A stretch of 64,000 nucleotides of DNA from ANME-2 cluster archaeon. GTDB taxonomy: Archaea > Halobacteriota > Methanosarcinia > Methanosarcinales > Methanocomedenaceae. Position 1 is the first letter of the stretch. The number at the start of each line of letters is the position of its first letter. The notes under the pieces were generated by a model. The model searched no databases. It was not told the DNA's origin and worked only from the letters and a program-made list of their open reading frames with translations. Position numbers and translations under genes: made by a program. Shown piece after piece: positions 12,112 through 22,560 of this stretch. The DNA is taken from assembly GCA_019429385.1 (NCBI GenBank), contig JAHYIS010000008.1:4318-68317 (forward strand), given 5' to 3'.

Positions 12112-12948
12112 TCATACTACAGTTATCGTCTGCGTGTCTGGGATTTCACTACTTTTCAGGCTGAAACTGAATGTACCCGTTTCATTGAAAGTGTATTCAT
12201 GATATCTCATATAACTGATATCGATCGGTTCTTCCCAGAATCCATCTTCACTTATCAAATACCTATGACTCTTTTTGAGCTCACGGTTCTGCCATTTGAT
12301 AGTTGTACCTGCGGGTATTATTATATCCATGGGTAATGAGAAACGATTTAGCGAAAACTGACTTATATATTCAGCAGGTTCATTTACAGGCATTGTATCG
12401 GGTCTCAGAAGTGTTTCCATTATCCCAAACTGGAACTCGCCATATTCTAAACAAGTCAATGCTTCGTCCATTTTTGAAAAATCGGTTCTGGTAGGATCAT
12501 ATTCTGCATAATATCCGGCGAGTCGGTATGCTTCCAATGCATGTTCATATTGTTCAACAATTATTTGATTTTCGGGAGAAACATGGAACCCTTTTACTTT
12601 TAATTGATCATCTTCGACATACTCTTTGAGGGTTTTGCCCCAATTTCCGGTTCGCATATTAATAGTGGTCTGACTTCTGATTGAACTCATAGAATCTAAT
12701 GTCCATGCAATGAATTGTTCGTCATCATATGTTTCCACTACTATCGGAGTTAGGGATGTTGTATTTTTTGAAATGAATGTTGTTTCATCAGTTTTATCAT
12801 CATTGATATCAGACTCTTCTGCAGGCGCAACGGCAGGTTTTCTTACATGTTCGTAAGGCTTGACATCATATTCATCAACACAACCCAAAGTTAGCATCAA
12901 TAGTAAAATGACTGCTATTCCTATGATTACGTTTTTCTTTCCATTCAT
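12112..12948 (-). CDS. Hypothetical lipoprotein
   Basis: 278 aa. Signal sequence plus lipobox (LTLGC). No family recognised. Confidence 0.5.
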   Translation of the reverse strand: MNGKKNVIIGIAVILLLMLTLGCVDEYDVKPYEHVRKPAVAPAEESDINDDKTDETTFISKNTTSLTPIVVETYDDEQFIAWTLDSMSSIRSQTTINMRTGNWGKTLKEYVEDDQLKVKGFHVSPENQIIVEQYEHALEAYRLAGYYAEYDPTRTDFSKMDEALTCLEYGEFQFGIMETLLRPDTMPVNEPAEYISQFSLNRFSLPMDIIIPAGTTIKWQNRELKKSHRYLISEDGFWEEPIDISYMRYHEYTFNETGTFSFSLKSSEIPDTQTITVV

Positions 12949-13219
12949 TTTTCTCTACCTTCTTCAAAAATATATACTATATTATACTATCCATGTTTTT
13001 GTTTAAATAAATTGTGAACAATTTAAGGAGAATGTATACGATTAACATTGACTGAACATGAAATTATTATAAGTACAGGGCTAATCAGACAGTATCGAGC
13101 AGATGTACACTATTTTAATGTCTTAATTCCAAATTATGGATAAAATTCTCATAATCAAAAAGAATAAGTACATAATGACCATAATTTATTGAACGGAAAT
13201 ATTTTTAAGGGGATGTCAG

Positions 13220-14404
13220 ATGAAAAAGGAGAAGAAGTTCGGCACTCAATGTGTCCATGCAGGAGAAACACCGGATATTTCATACGGAGCACATACGACA
13301 CCGATATATCAGACGTCCACTTTTGTATTTGATAGTGCCCAGCAGGGTGCTGCACGATTTAACGGTGAAGAAGAAGGATATGTATATGCCCGTGTAGGAC
13401 CAAATACCCCCACACATGCAGCTTTTGTAAAAAAGATCGCTGCACTCGAAGGTGGTGAGACCGGCCAGACCTTCTCATCCGGCATGGCTGCGATAACTGC
13501 TGTTGCTCTTTCTCAACTGGAACAGGGAGACCATCTTTTGTCCACGAATGTAGTCTATGGCGGTACCTATGGATTATTTTCATCAATTCTCAGTAAGTTC
13601 GGTATAGAGGTCAGTTTTGTTGATACATCGGATCCCGGGAATGTGAAAAAGAACATACAAGAAAATACCAGGGTCATCTTTTTAGAAACACCAGCAAATC
13701 CCACCATGATAATCAGTGATATTGAAGAGATATGCACAATAGGCCACGATAGAGGTGCACTGTGTGTCGTTGACAACACCTTTGCTACTCCCTGCTTCCA
13801 GAGACCTCTGGAATTGGGTGCAGATGTCGTAATCCATAGCTGCACGAAATATATCGGTGGTCATGCGGACCTGTTAGGTGGTGTTGTTGTTGGAAAAAAA
13901 GATTTTATTGATAGCATGTCATCAATTGTTAATTCTACTGGGGGAGCTATGGGTCCCCTTGAAGCCTGGCTATGTATCAGGGGATTGAAGACCCTGCATC
14001 TCAGAATGGAAAGGCATGCCAGTAATGCTATGAAAGTTGCCGAATTCCTGGAGACACATCCGAAGATAGGGTGGGTCAGGTATCCCGGATTGCCTTCTCA
14101 TCCACAATATGATATCGCTAAAAAGCAGATGAACGGCTTTAGTGGTATGATGTCTTTTGGGATCAAGGGGGGTATTGAAGCGGGACAGAACCTCATGAAC
14201 AGTCTTGAATTGTGTTCACTGGCAGTTAGCCTGGGTGCAGTTGATACCCTGATACAGCATCCTGCGTCCATGACCCATGTGAATGTTCCCGCTGATGTAC
14301 GAGCAGAGACGGGAATTACTGATGAGCTGGTGAGAATTTCAGTGGGTGTCGAAGATGCAGAAGACATAATAGCAGATCTTGACCAGGCGTTAGCACACCT
14401 ATGA
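13220..14404 (+). CDS. PLP-dependent Cys/Met-metabolism enzyme (methionine gamma-lyase / cystathionine gamma-synthase / O-acetylhomoserine sulfhydrylase family)
   Basis: FGTQCVHAG..., SSGMAAI, VVDNTFATP and SCTKYIGGHADLLGG (PLP lysine). The length is typical of the family. Confidence 0.85.
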   Translation: MKKEKKFGTQCVHAGETPDISYGAHTTPIYQTSTFVFDSAQQGAARFNGEEEGYVYARVGPNTPTHAAFVKKIAALEGGETGQTFSSGMAAITAVALSQLEQGDHLLSTNVVYGGTYGLFSSILSKFGIEVSFVDTSDPGNVKKNIQENTRVIFLETPANPTMIISDIEEICTIGHDRGALCVVDNTFATPCFQRPLELGADVVIHSCTKYIGGHADLLGGVVVGKKDFIDSMSSIVNSTGGAMGPLEAWLCIRGLKTLHLRMERHASNAMKVAEFLETHPKIGWVRYPGLPSHPQYDIAKKQMNGFSGMMSFGIKGGIEAGQNLMNSLELCSLAVSLGAVDTLIQHPASMTHVNVPADVRAETGITDELVRISVGVEDAEDIIADLDQALAHL

Positions 14405-14753
14405 ACAATACGACGGCATATGAATTATAATTTGAATTCTAGACAATTATGCTTTCCCAGCTATTGCCAATCGTATCTACCTGATATTACCAGGTATCAG
14501 TTTCCACCCCGGCAATAATCGTGCTTAATGGTTCTTGATGTTGTATTTGGATACATGGTAGATCATACGATTAGGCTGATACTGATTGTGCAGCTTCGGA
14601 GGTGAGCAGTGTACAGGGAGTTGGCAAGGTCAGAATATATAACCCAAAATCTATTTATCACATCATCTCTAATGATAAAATTGGAGTGTAATTGTAGTAG
14701 ATATATAATTCTCTAGCAATGCACAGAATTGTACATACCAGGGGGTAATGTAA

Positions 14754-16250
14754 ATGACTGTATATGAAAAGATGATACGTGAAGCCATAGCTGCACAAAA
14801 AGCCGATGTGGCAGTGGTAAAGGAAAAGCGAGGTACGAAATTCAAATTAAGTGATGTCAAGCCGTATGTTGACGTTGCCAATAAAATGAAACCTGAAGGA
14901 ACCCAGAGCAAAGCTGTATTCGACCTCCATAAGGATTCGATCAACGCACACTTTGAGATACTGAGCAGCCTCACAGACACGGTAAGGCCAGAGGATGACC
15001 CGTTCGTGGAGCATTACCAGACCGGACCCATTCTTGAGATACTGTATGATGAGAAACCGGATTTCCGCAAGTCCATGGATACATTCATCAATGGATTGGA
15101 CAAGGCGAAAGCCCTGATATCCAAGGAAGTGATCCGGAGATATGGCGGATTTTACGGACCCACCTGTGTAGTGGATTTCGCTCTTGTCCCCGGCAGTACC
15201 ACAAACCTGGTCAACAGGATCCTCCAGAAACTGGATATAAAGGATGACCATAAACGCACTATCCTGGCATCAAAATCCTGGGGTATGAATACATCGTACG
15301 GTATCGGAGATGTGTTCGCCCATGCCCTTGAAGACGGTAAGACCGCTGCAGAGGCAGTGGATGAAGAGGTCAAGATGTTGAAATTCATCTATGATCAGCC
15401 TATAGAAGCACAGACGAAACTCATGGAGAATGCAGGACATACTTCTTTTGATGTAAGGAAATACCAGGACCAGTATAAGGAAAGGATGAAGAACACGGTA
15501 AAAGCAGCCATCGATGATGAAGTGCTTGATGCGAACATTGTGACCGTTCCTGCCTATTGTGTAGGTGACATAGCACATCATATCTCCCAATCCACCTTCA
15601 ACATGTGCAAGGATGACGTGATAATGGCGGTCATCGAAGCCGAGACAGCCGTGCTGGAGAGTACATTGAACAAGGCGATACGCCAGGGTATAGAAAGTGA
15701 GTATAAGATATTGAGCCTGGCAACAGCAGCAACAGCAGCGGGAGCCGAGTACATACTTGAAAAGGACGGGTTCACCGCACCTATGGTCGTGGACCTGCTC
15801 ACGAAGAGGTTCCATAATTACGTCCAGCTATATCCCACCCGGGGTGCCGCAGCAGAACTGCATAACCATGATTTCATGGATATGATCTGGCGGGGCTGGA
15901 TGATACTTGAGAAAGCCCAGAGAAGCCGTAATGGCAAGAAGGAATCGCTTAAACCCAAGTCCGGTACCTATACCATCGATCTTGAACCTATTGACAAGAA
16001 CGAGGTCATCATGAACCCGCAAAGATACGCATATCCAGGATGTGCCATTACTGTCCGGTTCTCAGCACTGATGAGGTTGGCCGATTACCCGTGCCTGCTC
16101 ACGAGTGAGCCGGTAACCGCGACCCTGATGACCAACATCATCGCGCTGCATAAGGATAAACCCGGGGCGCCGGCCAGGGTATGCAAGCATTGCGCCTCAA
16201 CATCCATTGATGTCAGGCACCAGTACTGCCAGTGGGCTGAAGCTATATGA
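14754..16250 (+). CDS. Conserved archaeal protein of unknown function (resembles the family I remember as DUF2193)
   Basis: 498-aa soluble ORF with good coding texture and a Cys-rich C-terminus (RVCKHCASTSIDVRHQYCQW). The family name is from memory only. Confidence 0.6.
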   Translation: MTVYEKMIREAIAAQKADVAVVKEKRGTKFKLSDVKPYVDVANKMKPEGTQSKAVFDLHKDSINAHFEILSSLTDTVRPEDDPFVEHYQTGPILEILYDEKPDFRKSMDTFINGLDKAKALISKEVIRRYGGFYGPTCVVDFALVPGSTTNLVNRILQKLDIKDDHKRTILASKSWGMNTSYGIGDVFAHALEDGKTAAEAVDEEVKMLKFIYDQPIEAQTKLMENAGHTSFDVRKYQDQYKERMKNTVKAAIDDEVLDANIVTVPAYCVGDIAHHISQSTFNMCKDDVIMAVIEAETAVLESTLNKAIRQGIESEYKILSLATAATAAGAEYILEKDGFTAPMVVDLLTKRFHNYVQLYPTRGAAAELHNHDFMDMIWRGWMILEKAQRSRNGKKESLKPKSGTYTIDLEPIDKNEVIMNPQRYAYPGCAITVRFSALMRLADYPCLLTSEPVTATLMTNIIALHKDKPGAPARVCKHCASTSIDVRHQYCQWAEAI

Positions 16251-16263
16251 GGAGACTATTACC

Positions 16264-16467
16264 ATGCATTGCTATGTTTGTGCACAAAAGGGAAAAGAGA
16301 CTGTTGCCATTGCCACATGCATTGTATGTGGAATGGCCCTCTGCCAGGAACACCTGATAAGGTCAGATATCGATATGTGGGAAGGGGGGTACCCGGTCCC
16401 GCGCCAGAAAGCAAAGAAAAAACTTCCGAGGATCCTTTGCCATGAATGCTATAGCGCATTAACGTGA
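16264..16467 (+). CDS. Small zinc-ribbon protein (resembles the family I remember as DUF2180)
   Basis: MHCYVCAQKGKETVAIATCIVCGMALCQEHL...ILCHECY has paired CxxC motifs. The ATG at 16264 lies 14 nt after the upstream stop. The track ORF at 16207 overlaps the upstream gene. Confidence 0.55.
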   Translation: MHCYVCAQKGKETVAIATCIVCGMALCQEHLIRSDIDMWEGGYPVPRQKAKKKLPRILCHECYSALT

Positions 16468-16473
16468 GGTTTG

Positions 16474-17232
16474 ATGATGGCTGAAATAGGAATCATGAAG
16501 CGCTCTCTGGCCGAGCTGATAGGCACGTTTGCCCTCGTATTCATCGGGCCCGGAGCAGCAGTGATAACATTATTACTGGCTGAGGGGCAGACCAATAAGG
16601 GTGGCTTTAATATCGGCATAGGGTATGGTGGACTGGGAGACTGGCTGGCCATAGGTCTTGCATTCGGATTTATTATAATGTGCATGATCTATGTCTTCGG
16701 TCACATATCAGGGACCCATATCAATCCGGCAGTTACTCTTGCTCTATGGGCTACCAGACGGTTCCCGGGCAAAGACGTGGTACCCTACATAGGAGCACAA
16801 CTTATCGGTGCTGCTCTGGGGTCATTATGCCTGGTGGCTGTACTTGGTACAAGAGCAGCTACGATCGGTGGTCTGGGTGCAACGGCACCGTTCGAGGGTG
16901 TCACCTATTCCCAGGCTATTATCTGCGAGGCCATAGCAACGTTCTTTTTAATGCTGACCATCATGGGGGTAGCAGTGGATAGGCGTGCACCGGGCCAGTT
17001 TGCAGGATTTGCCATTGGGATGGTTGTGGCAGTGGACATTATTGTCACGGGAAATATCACAGGCTCGTCGTTGAACCCTGCCCGTACTTTTGGACCATAT
17101 CTGGGAGATACACTGTTCGGGGGACCAAACCTCTGGAACTTTTTCCCGATCTATATTATTGGACCAATAGTGGGTGCCGTAATCGCTGCCTTTCTCTACG
17201 ACTATATTGCAGGTTTGAAAGAAGCCGAATAA
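16474..17232 (+). CDS. aqpM: MIP-family channel (aquaporin AqpM-like)
   Basis: Two NPA boxes (HISGTHINPAVTLA and SSLNPARTFGP) and six hydrophobic segments. The start lies 7 nt after the Zn-ribbon gene's stop. Confidence 0.9.
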   Translation: MMAEIGIMKRSLAELIGTFALVFIGPGAAVITLLLAEGQTNKGGFNIGIGYGGLGDWLAIGLAFGFIIMCMIYVFGHISGTHINPAVTLALWATRRFPGKDVVPYIGAQLIGAALGSLCLVAVLGTRAATIGGLGATAPFEGVTYSQAIICEAIATFFLMLTIMGVAVDRRAPGQFAGFAIGMVVAVDIIVTGNITGSSLNPARTFGPYLGDTLFGGPNLWNFFPIYIIGPIVGAVIAAFLYDYIAGLKEAE

Positions 17233-17235
17233 GGC

Positions 17236-17254
17236 TTCTTTATTTTATTTTCTG
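17236..17254 (+). terminator. Oligo-T tract after aqpM (archaeal-type terminator candidate)
   Basis: cttctttattttattttct sits immediately after the TAA at 17230-17232. Confidence 0.35.
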
Positions 17255-17354
17255 CTCTTATAGAGAAACAAATACTATTTGTAGAACTTCCTTGATGTGT
17301 GCGGGCCTGGCAGACGCTTTTTGATTAAACCGGTGATTCAGTGTTTGAATTCCC

Positions 17355-18084
17355 ATGCAAAAGAAATGCTACTCCACTGGGAAGCAAAATAAACCTTTAT
17401 CTCATGTCAATGGATTAGATTCCTGTATGGACGATAGACCAGAAGAACCTGAATCCCGGCTGTATAGTGAACGGATGAGAGGGAAGACAGGTCACAAACA
17501 CCATCATGGTTCATGGGATGATATATACAAAGGAGCTAAACCGGAATACCTTCCCTGGTTTTCACCTGAGCCTGATACCGATATCATGCAATTGATCGAC
17601 AAGCTTGTACCGGGCAGGGCCCTGGATATGGGCTGCGGTCCCGGTATCCATTCGATAGCACTGGCAAAACGGGGATGGCATGTAACTGCCCTGGACATTT
17701 CACCGGGGGCTATCACCATGGCGGAAGAACTTGCTAAAAAAGCCGGGGTTGATGTAGATTTCAGGGTCATTGATGTGCTCACCTTTGAACCGGATGGGAA
17801 GTTTGACCTGGTGCTCGACCAGGGGTTTTCTCCATTCACTTGAACCACCCCAGCACCCCGGATGGACGGACCTGGTGGCAGCCGCCCTGAAACCGGGTGG
17901 TATTGTGGTGGCCAAGGAATTTACCATTGATCCGGTGAACCAGTACGGTCCGGCGGGATTGAGCGAATCCGAGATGCGGGATGTCCTGGATGGGCGATTC
18001 ACGGTAGAGATGCTTGAGAAGACAGAATTCTCTGTCAGGGGGTACGCGCATGATGGGCTCATCTTACGGGGGATACGTGTTTAG
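17355..18084 (+). pseudogene. Class I SAM-dependent methyltransferase interrupted by a +1 frameshift at a GGGGTTTT run
   Basis: ORF 17355-17843 carries RALDMGCGPGIHSIALAKRGWHVTALDISP...FDLVLDQGF and then stops. ORF 17770-18084, in the +1 frame, continues ..GFLHSLEPPQHPGWTDLVAAALKPGGIVV. Removing one T from the run at 17826-17829 restores FDLVLDQGFLHSL. Confidence 0.7.
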
Positions 18085-18169
18085 GTGGGAAAAGATTGTA
18101 CGTGGGTCAGGATGTCGGTTTTTCCTTCCGGTTCCTGTATTCCCTGTTATATGAAGGGAAACGGGCCGT

Positions 18170-18729
18170 TTAAACCGGTAAATCACTTTGAGAACCCTGT
18201 GCTTCTATCAGTTTTATGGTTGCCAGGCAAAAGCAGAGCACAGTGAATGGGTATGTGACCAGCCAGCCCACCTGAAGTGCGCCCCCGACTCCATTGATGA
18301 CCCATAGGACGATACCCAGTATTATTGAAAATTGCAGGTTCGCCCAGCCTAATTGATAACTTTTTGTCAGGGAATCAATGGCACCTTTTTTTTCAGATAC
18401 GGCAATCGGGATGGCATACTGGAATAATATAATGAGGACCAGGCCGGGGATGATAAGGAACAACATTCCTACCATTATTGCCAGTCCTGCGATTATTGCC
18501 AGCACCCAGCTGGTGATGAAGTAATCAAATCCCTTGAACACATCTCCGATCTCTACTTTCTCTCCCCTGATAAGCATAAACGCCATATGGAATATGCCGA
18601 AGAACAGGGGCGGTGAAAATTCCCACCTAAAATTGACCCTACTGCAGCGATAATTGTTGCAACGATAAATGTGACAAACTGTTCTTTATATAATCCATAC
18701 CCTTCACTCAGTATATCTTCCACTCTCAC
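18170..18729 (-). pseudogene. Polytopic membrane protein split by a frameshift near 18606-18625
   Basis: The track ORF 18170-18586 begins [20 protein letters not shown]. Upstream, in another frame and after GGAGG, a GTG (18729) opens [36 protein letters not shown]. The downstream frame is already open as ..[14 protein letters not shown]. The junction lies in gggaattttcaccgcccc. Confidence 0.55.
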
Positions 18730-18820
18730 GGGTTACGCCTCCACAAATTATTGAAACCATTGGTGGAATGTTCTGTTCATTTATTTATAATTATCTGGCA
18801 GATTTTCCCCATTCTTTTAG

Positions 18821-19087
18821 CCCAAGTTTGACACTTAAACTTCCTTTTTTCAATAAATTCTTCTGTTTTGTCAGGAAAACCAATTTGACAGTTTAAAAAA
18901 TAAAGACATAAACCTACGAAATTCCCGTATTTCGACTCATAATCAACGTATTTATCCAGTTAAAATTCGCATAAATCAGATTTTTCATCCCATTTTTCAT
19001 GAAATCCACAGTAACTTTCAAATGGTTTTTCCTGACAAAACAGAAGACATTCCCGAAAAGAAAGAAGTGAAAAGTGTCAAACTTGGG
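18821..19087. repeat. MITE-like element / long hairpin: imperfect terminal inverted repeats of about 68 nt around a core of about 130 nt
   Basis: The left arm starts cccaagtttgacactt...tcttctgttttgtcaggaaaacca. The reverse complement of the right arm reads cccaagtttgacactt...tcttctgttttgtcaggaaaaacca. There are perfect blocks of 16 and 17 nt, and the element has no ORF. Confidence 0.55.
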
Positions 19088-19123
19088 TTATGCATGAAAA
19101 AAAAACCATAAAACAGATTTTGT

Positions 19124-19564
19124 TTATTTTTTCACCGAAATTGCTGTTGGTTCAATGGTGACCTCTGATTTCATGGAATTAGCGGCAATGCAACGCTTTT
19201 TTGCATGCTCCAGCATCCGCAGGATCTGTTCTTCGGACTCCTCTGCTTCGACTCTGGGCCTGAGGACTATTTTTGTGAACACCCTGAGTTTATCTACTTT
19301 TTCCAGGGTCCCTGTTGCAGTGGATTCATAGGAAATTAGGTTCACTCCCATATTTGCAGCTGTTCCTAAAAACGTAGTCATGAAACATACGTTGGCCGCT
19401 GCCACAAACAGGTCTTCAGGTGTTATTATCCCTTCATGTCCGCCGAATTCCGGCGGAGTAGCCACAATAATCTCAGGCTTTCCCTCCTGAAAAAACGAGA
19501 CCGTTCCCATTTTCTCACGACCCCACCTGAGGGAACTTTCATAAAAAAGCATATCTTCTACCAT
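19124..19564 (-). CDS. OsmC/Ohr-family peroxiredoxin-like protein
   Basis: 146 aa. [29 protein letters not shown]...[12 protein letters not shown] has the two conserved Cys in OsmC-like positions. Confidence 0.8.
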   Translation of the reverse strand: MVEDMLFYESSLRWGREKMGTVSFFQEGKPEIIVATPPEFGGHEGIITPEDLFVAAANVCFMTTFLGTAANMGVNLISYESTATGTLEKVDKLRVFTKIVLRPRVEAEESEEQILRMLEHAKKRCIAANSMKSEVTIEPTAISVKK

Positions 19565-19619
19565 GTCAATTCACTACACAAATTATATCCTGAAAAATCT
19601 TAATACTTTTGGAACAACC

Positions 19620-20138
19620 ATGAATGACACAATATCTCGTATTCCCCTTCACCTTTATCATGCAAACCAGTGCGACCCAAAGAAATGCACTGGCAAAAAG
19701 CTGGCAAAGTTTCACCTTGCACACCTGCATCGTCAGGCCGGCAAATTACCGAGAGGTGCAATATTTCTCGATCCAATGGCACAACAGGCCCTCTCGCCAG
19801 CAGATAACTATAGCCAGGGGATAATTGTGCTGGATTGTTCATGGGAAGAGGTCGAGCGTGTTTTCCCCACCCTGCAAAAACTCAGGCTTGAGCACAGGGC
19901 ACTGCCGTATCTGTTAGCTGCAAACCCGGTAAACTACGGAAAACCGTTTAAGATGGGGACTGTAGAAGCTTTTGCCGCGGCTCTGTATATCTATGGGTAT
20001 AAAGGTCAGGCCATGGAGATATTGGACAAGTTCAAATGGGGCCACACATTCCTGGAACTGAACTATGAACCGCTTGAAGCATATTCAAAAGCCAGGGACA
20101 GTCGTGAAGTGGTCAAAATCCAGTATGAATTCATGTAA
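19620..20138 (+). CDS. tsr3: 16S rRNA aminocarboxypropyltransferase Tsr3 (DUF367 family)
   Basis: [25 protein letters not shown] and [30 protein letters not shown] 19620 is preferred over the track start at 19563, which abuts the osmC start. Confidence 0.8.
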   Translation: MNDTISRIPLHLYHANQCDPKKCTGKKLAKFHLAHLHRQAGKLPRGAIFLDPMAQQALSPADNYSQGIIVLDCSWEEVERVFPTLQKLRLEHRALPYLLAANPVNYGKPFKMGTVEAFAAALYIYGYKGQAMEILDKFKWGHTFLELNYEPLEAYSKARDSREVVKIQYEFM

Positions 20139-20230
20139 TAGTAGAATACTGGCGTTCATTGTATATTCTCTAAAAAGTCTCGCAATTCAATACATAACTT
20201 ATTTATGCATGCCTTATTATAATACGCTCG

Positions 20231-22474
20231 ATGGATAAGCGAATAGACTCATTGAAAAATGATACTACATTCATGTTAAGCATTATATCCATTATAGCAA
20301 TATTCATACGAATAATACCTTTTTCAAAAATCTTTATCAATGGTACTGTTGCCATAATTGGATGGGACCCCTATTACCATATGAGAAGGATTTTTTTTAC
20401 TGCTAATCATTTTCCTGATACTATCACGTTCGATTCATATCTCAATTATCCGTATGGGCTGGAGATCGGGTGGCCTCCCCTGTTCGACCAGGTCATTGCA
20501 TTCATCGCACTACTGAACGGCCATGGCTCTCCGGACCCGTTCATCGTCCAGACGACAGCGGCAATTTTCCCTGTCATTTTAGGGATTATCGTATTCATAC
20601 CACTCTATTTTGCCGTATCAATGATCTTTGACCGCAACGTTGCATTAGCAAGCGCGTTTATCCTTGCAATTCTCCCGACAAACATTAATTATTCAATGCT
20701 GGGGTCAACAGACCACCATATTGCAGAAGTATTTTTATTAATTACATCATACGCATTTGTTATCGCTGCTCTTAAAAGTCCTCGTCATAAACGTCTTTCA
20801 TTATCGCGTATTCCGAAAATCGGTCAAGGCAAATCCCTTTCACTCCAATTTATTTATGCGATATGTGCCGGCTTCTTCCTGGCAGTAGCCTTATTTACCT
20901 GGATAGGTGCTCCGATATTCATTGGCATTATTTCACTTTATGTGGCATTACAATACACAGTTGACTTGAAAAAAAACAGGCCTTTGCCAGGTCTTAATAA
21001 CATTTTCATCCCGGCTTTATGTGTTACCCTTGTGTTAACAATCTTTGGAGTAATAAGGTCTGTTCGACCGGGATTGGAGATGAGTCCGATACACATCTCC
21101 TGGTTCCAGGTCTTATTCGTTCTGCTCATTATCCTGTCAGTATTTGCATTATCTTTCCTCGCAGGATTTGTTTCATCAAAAGGATATGGTTGGTGGAGTT
21201 TCCCGTTCATTGTAGCAATTTCAATGGTTATCATCTTTTTTGCACTTCACCTTTTCTCGCAATCAACATTTGGTTCACTGAAATATGGAATTAGTTATTT
21301 ACTTGGGTATGGAGACGTATTATCAACAATTGCCGAAGCCCAGCCTTTAATTCAGGGACCGCAACAAACACTCAATACATTATTCGCTTTCTTTGGTTCA
21401 AGTATATTCTTTGCCATTCCGGCTTTACTCCTGTTCGTACAGAAAATGTTCAAGGAAGAGCATCCACCTGAATTGCTTTTCTTTGCATCCTGGACTCTTG
21501 TTATCTTGATCCTTTCATTGTCACAGATACGTTTCGTCAACCAACTTTCTATTATTGTTGTGATATTGGCAGGATATTTCATTATCTTCAGTATCAACGT
21601 GATCAATTCATTCAAATATTCAAATGTATTGAAACTCACCGGCATTGCTATACTGCTCTCGGTTGCCATCATACCTACTGTGTATTCAGGGTATCAAATA
21701 GTGGCAAATCCGCAACTTCCTCCGCAGGATTGGGTAGATTCTATGGAATGGTTGAAAAAAAATACACCCGAAACTTCATACTATGACAATCCCAATATGA
21801 TGCCAGAATATGGCGTGATGAACTGGTGGTCGTATGGTAATTGGATCCTGTATCTTTCAGAACGTCCTGTAGTGGCAAATAATTTCCAGGCAGGTATGGA
21901 AGATGCAGGGCGCTTTTTCATTGAATCTGATGTATCCAGGGCAAGAGCGATACTGGATGCCAGGAATGTCAGGTATATCATTACGACAGGCGAAATGGTG
22001 TACGGGAAAAACGAAAATATTGCACTGGCTGCAGGTGAAAATCCTGCTGAGTATTCTGTACGCAGCGATATGTTGAAAACTACTACAATGTATAGATTGC
22101 ACATTGGTGATGGTTCAGGACTGGGTTATTATCGTTTATTGTATGAATCTAAAAGTCCACAGATATTCCTTAAAAATGTTAAAATATTTGAGTATGTAAA
22201 AGGTGCGAATATCATCGGGCAGGCTTCACCACATGAAGTGGTGCTGGCATTCACCAATATTACGACGAATCAAAATAGGGTTTTTACCTATTTTAATTCA
22301 GTGGAAGCTAATGAAACTGGGTGGTATACTATTTCGGTGGCATATTCTACGACTGAGTCAGCATTTGTAAGGAATAAAGTAGAACCGTATAAGGTTATTA
22401 ATTCTAAAAATATTCTGATAGACGAAGTATCAGTGAAGGAAGATGATATAATTCATGGCAGAAATGTTGTTTGA
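20231..22474 (+). CDS. aglB: Archaeal oligosaccharyltransferase AglB (STT3 family)
   Basis: 747 aa with about 13 TM segments. The N-terminal loop has WDPYYHMRR and the C-terminal domain has MNWWSYGNWI (WWDYG-type motif). Confidence 0.85.
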   Translation: MDKRIDSLKNDTTFMLSIISIIAIFIRIIPFSKIFINGTVAIIGWDPYYHMRRIFFTANHFPDTITFDSYLNYPYGLEIGWPPLFDQVIAFIALLNGHGSPDPFIVQTTAAIFPVILGIIVFIPLYFAVSMIFDRNVALASAFILAILPTNINYSMLGSTDHHIAEVFLLITSYAFVIAALKSPRHKRLSLSRIPKIGQGKSLSLQFIYAICAGFFLAVALFTWIGAPIFIGIISLYVALQYTVDLKKNRPLPGLNNIFIPALCVTLVLTIFGVIRSVRPGLEMSPIHISWFQVLFVLLIILSVFALSFLAGFVSSKGYGWWSFPFIVAISMVIIFFALHLFSQSTFGSLKYGISYLLGYGDVLSTIAEAQPLIQGPQQTLNTLFAFFGSSIFFAIPALLLFVQKMFKEEHPPELLFFASWTLVILILSLSQIRFVNQLSIIVVILAGYFIIFSINVINSFKYSNVLKLTGIAILLSVAIIPTVYSGYQIVANPQLPPQDWVDSMEWLKKNTPETSYYDNPNMMPEYGVMNWWSYGNWILYLSERPVVANNFQAGMEDAGRFFIESDVSRARAILDARNVRYIITTGEMVYGKNENIALAAGENPAEYSVRSDMLKTTTMYRLHIGDGSGLGYYRLLYESKSPQIFLKNVKIFEYVKGANIIGQASPHEVVLAFTNITTNQNRVFTYFNSVEANETGWYTISVAYSTTESAFVRNKVEPYKVINSKNILIDEVSVKEDDIIHGRNVV

Positions 22475-22560
22475 TGAAATGTAATCTTTCCCATTTGAAT
22501 AATATTATGTTTTTTTCCTGTAATCCCTCAATCCAATAAGGAATCAAGAACAAATATCAG

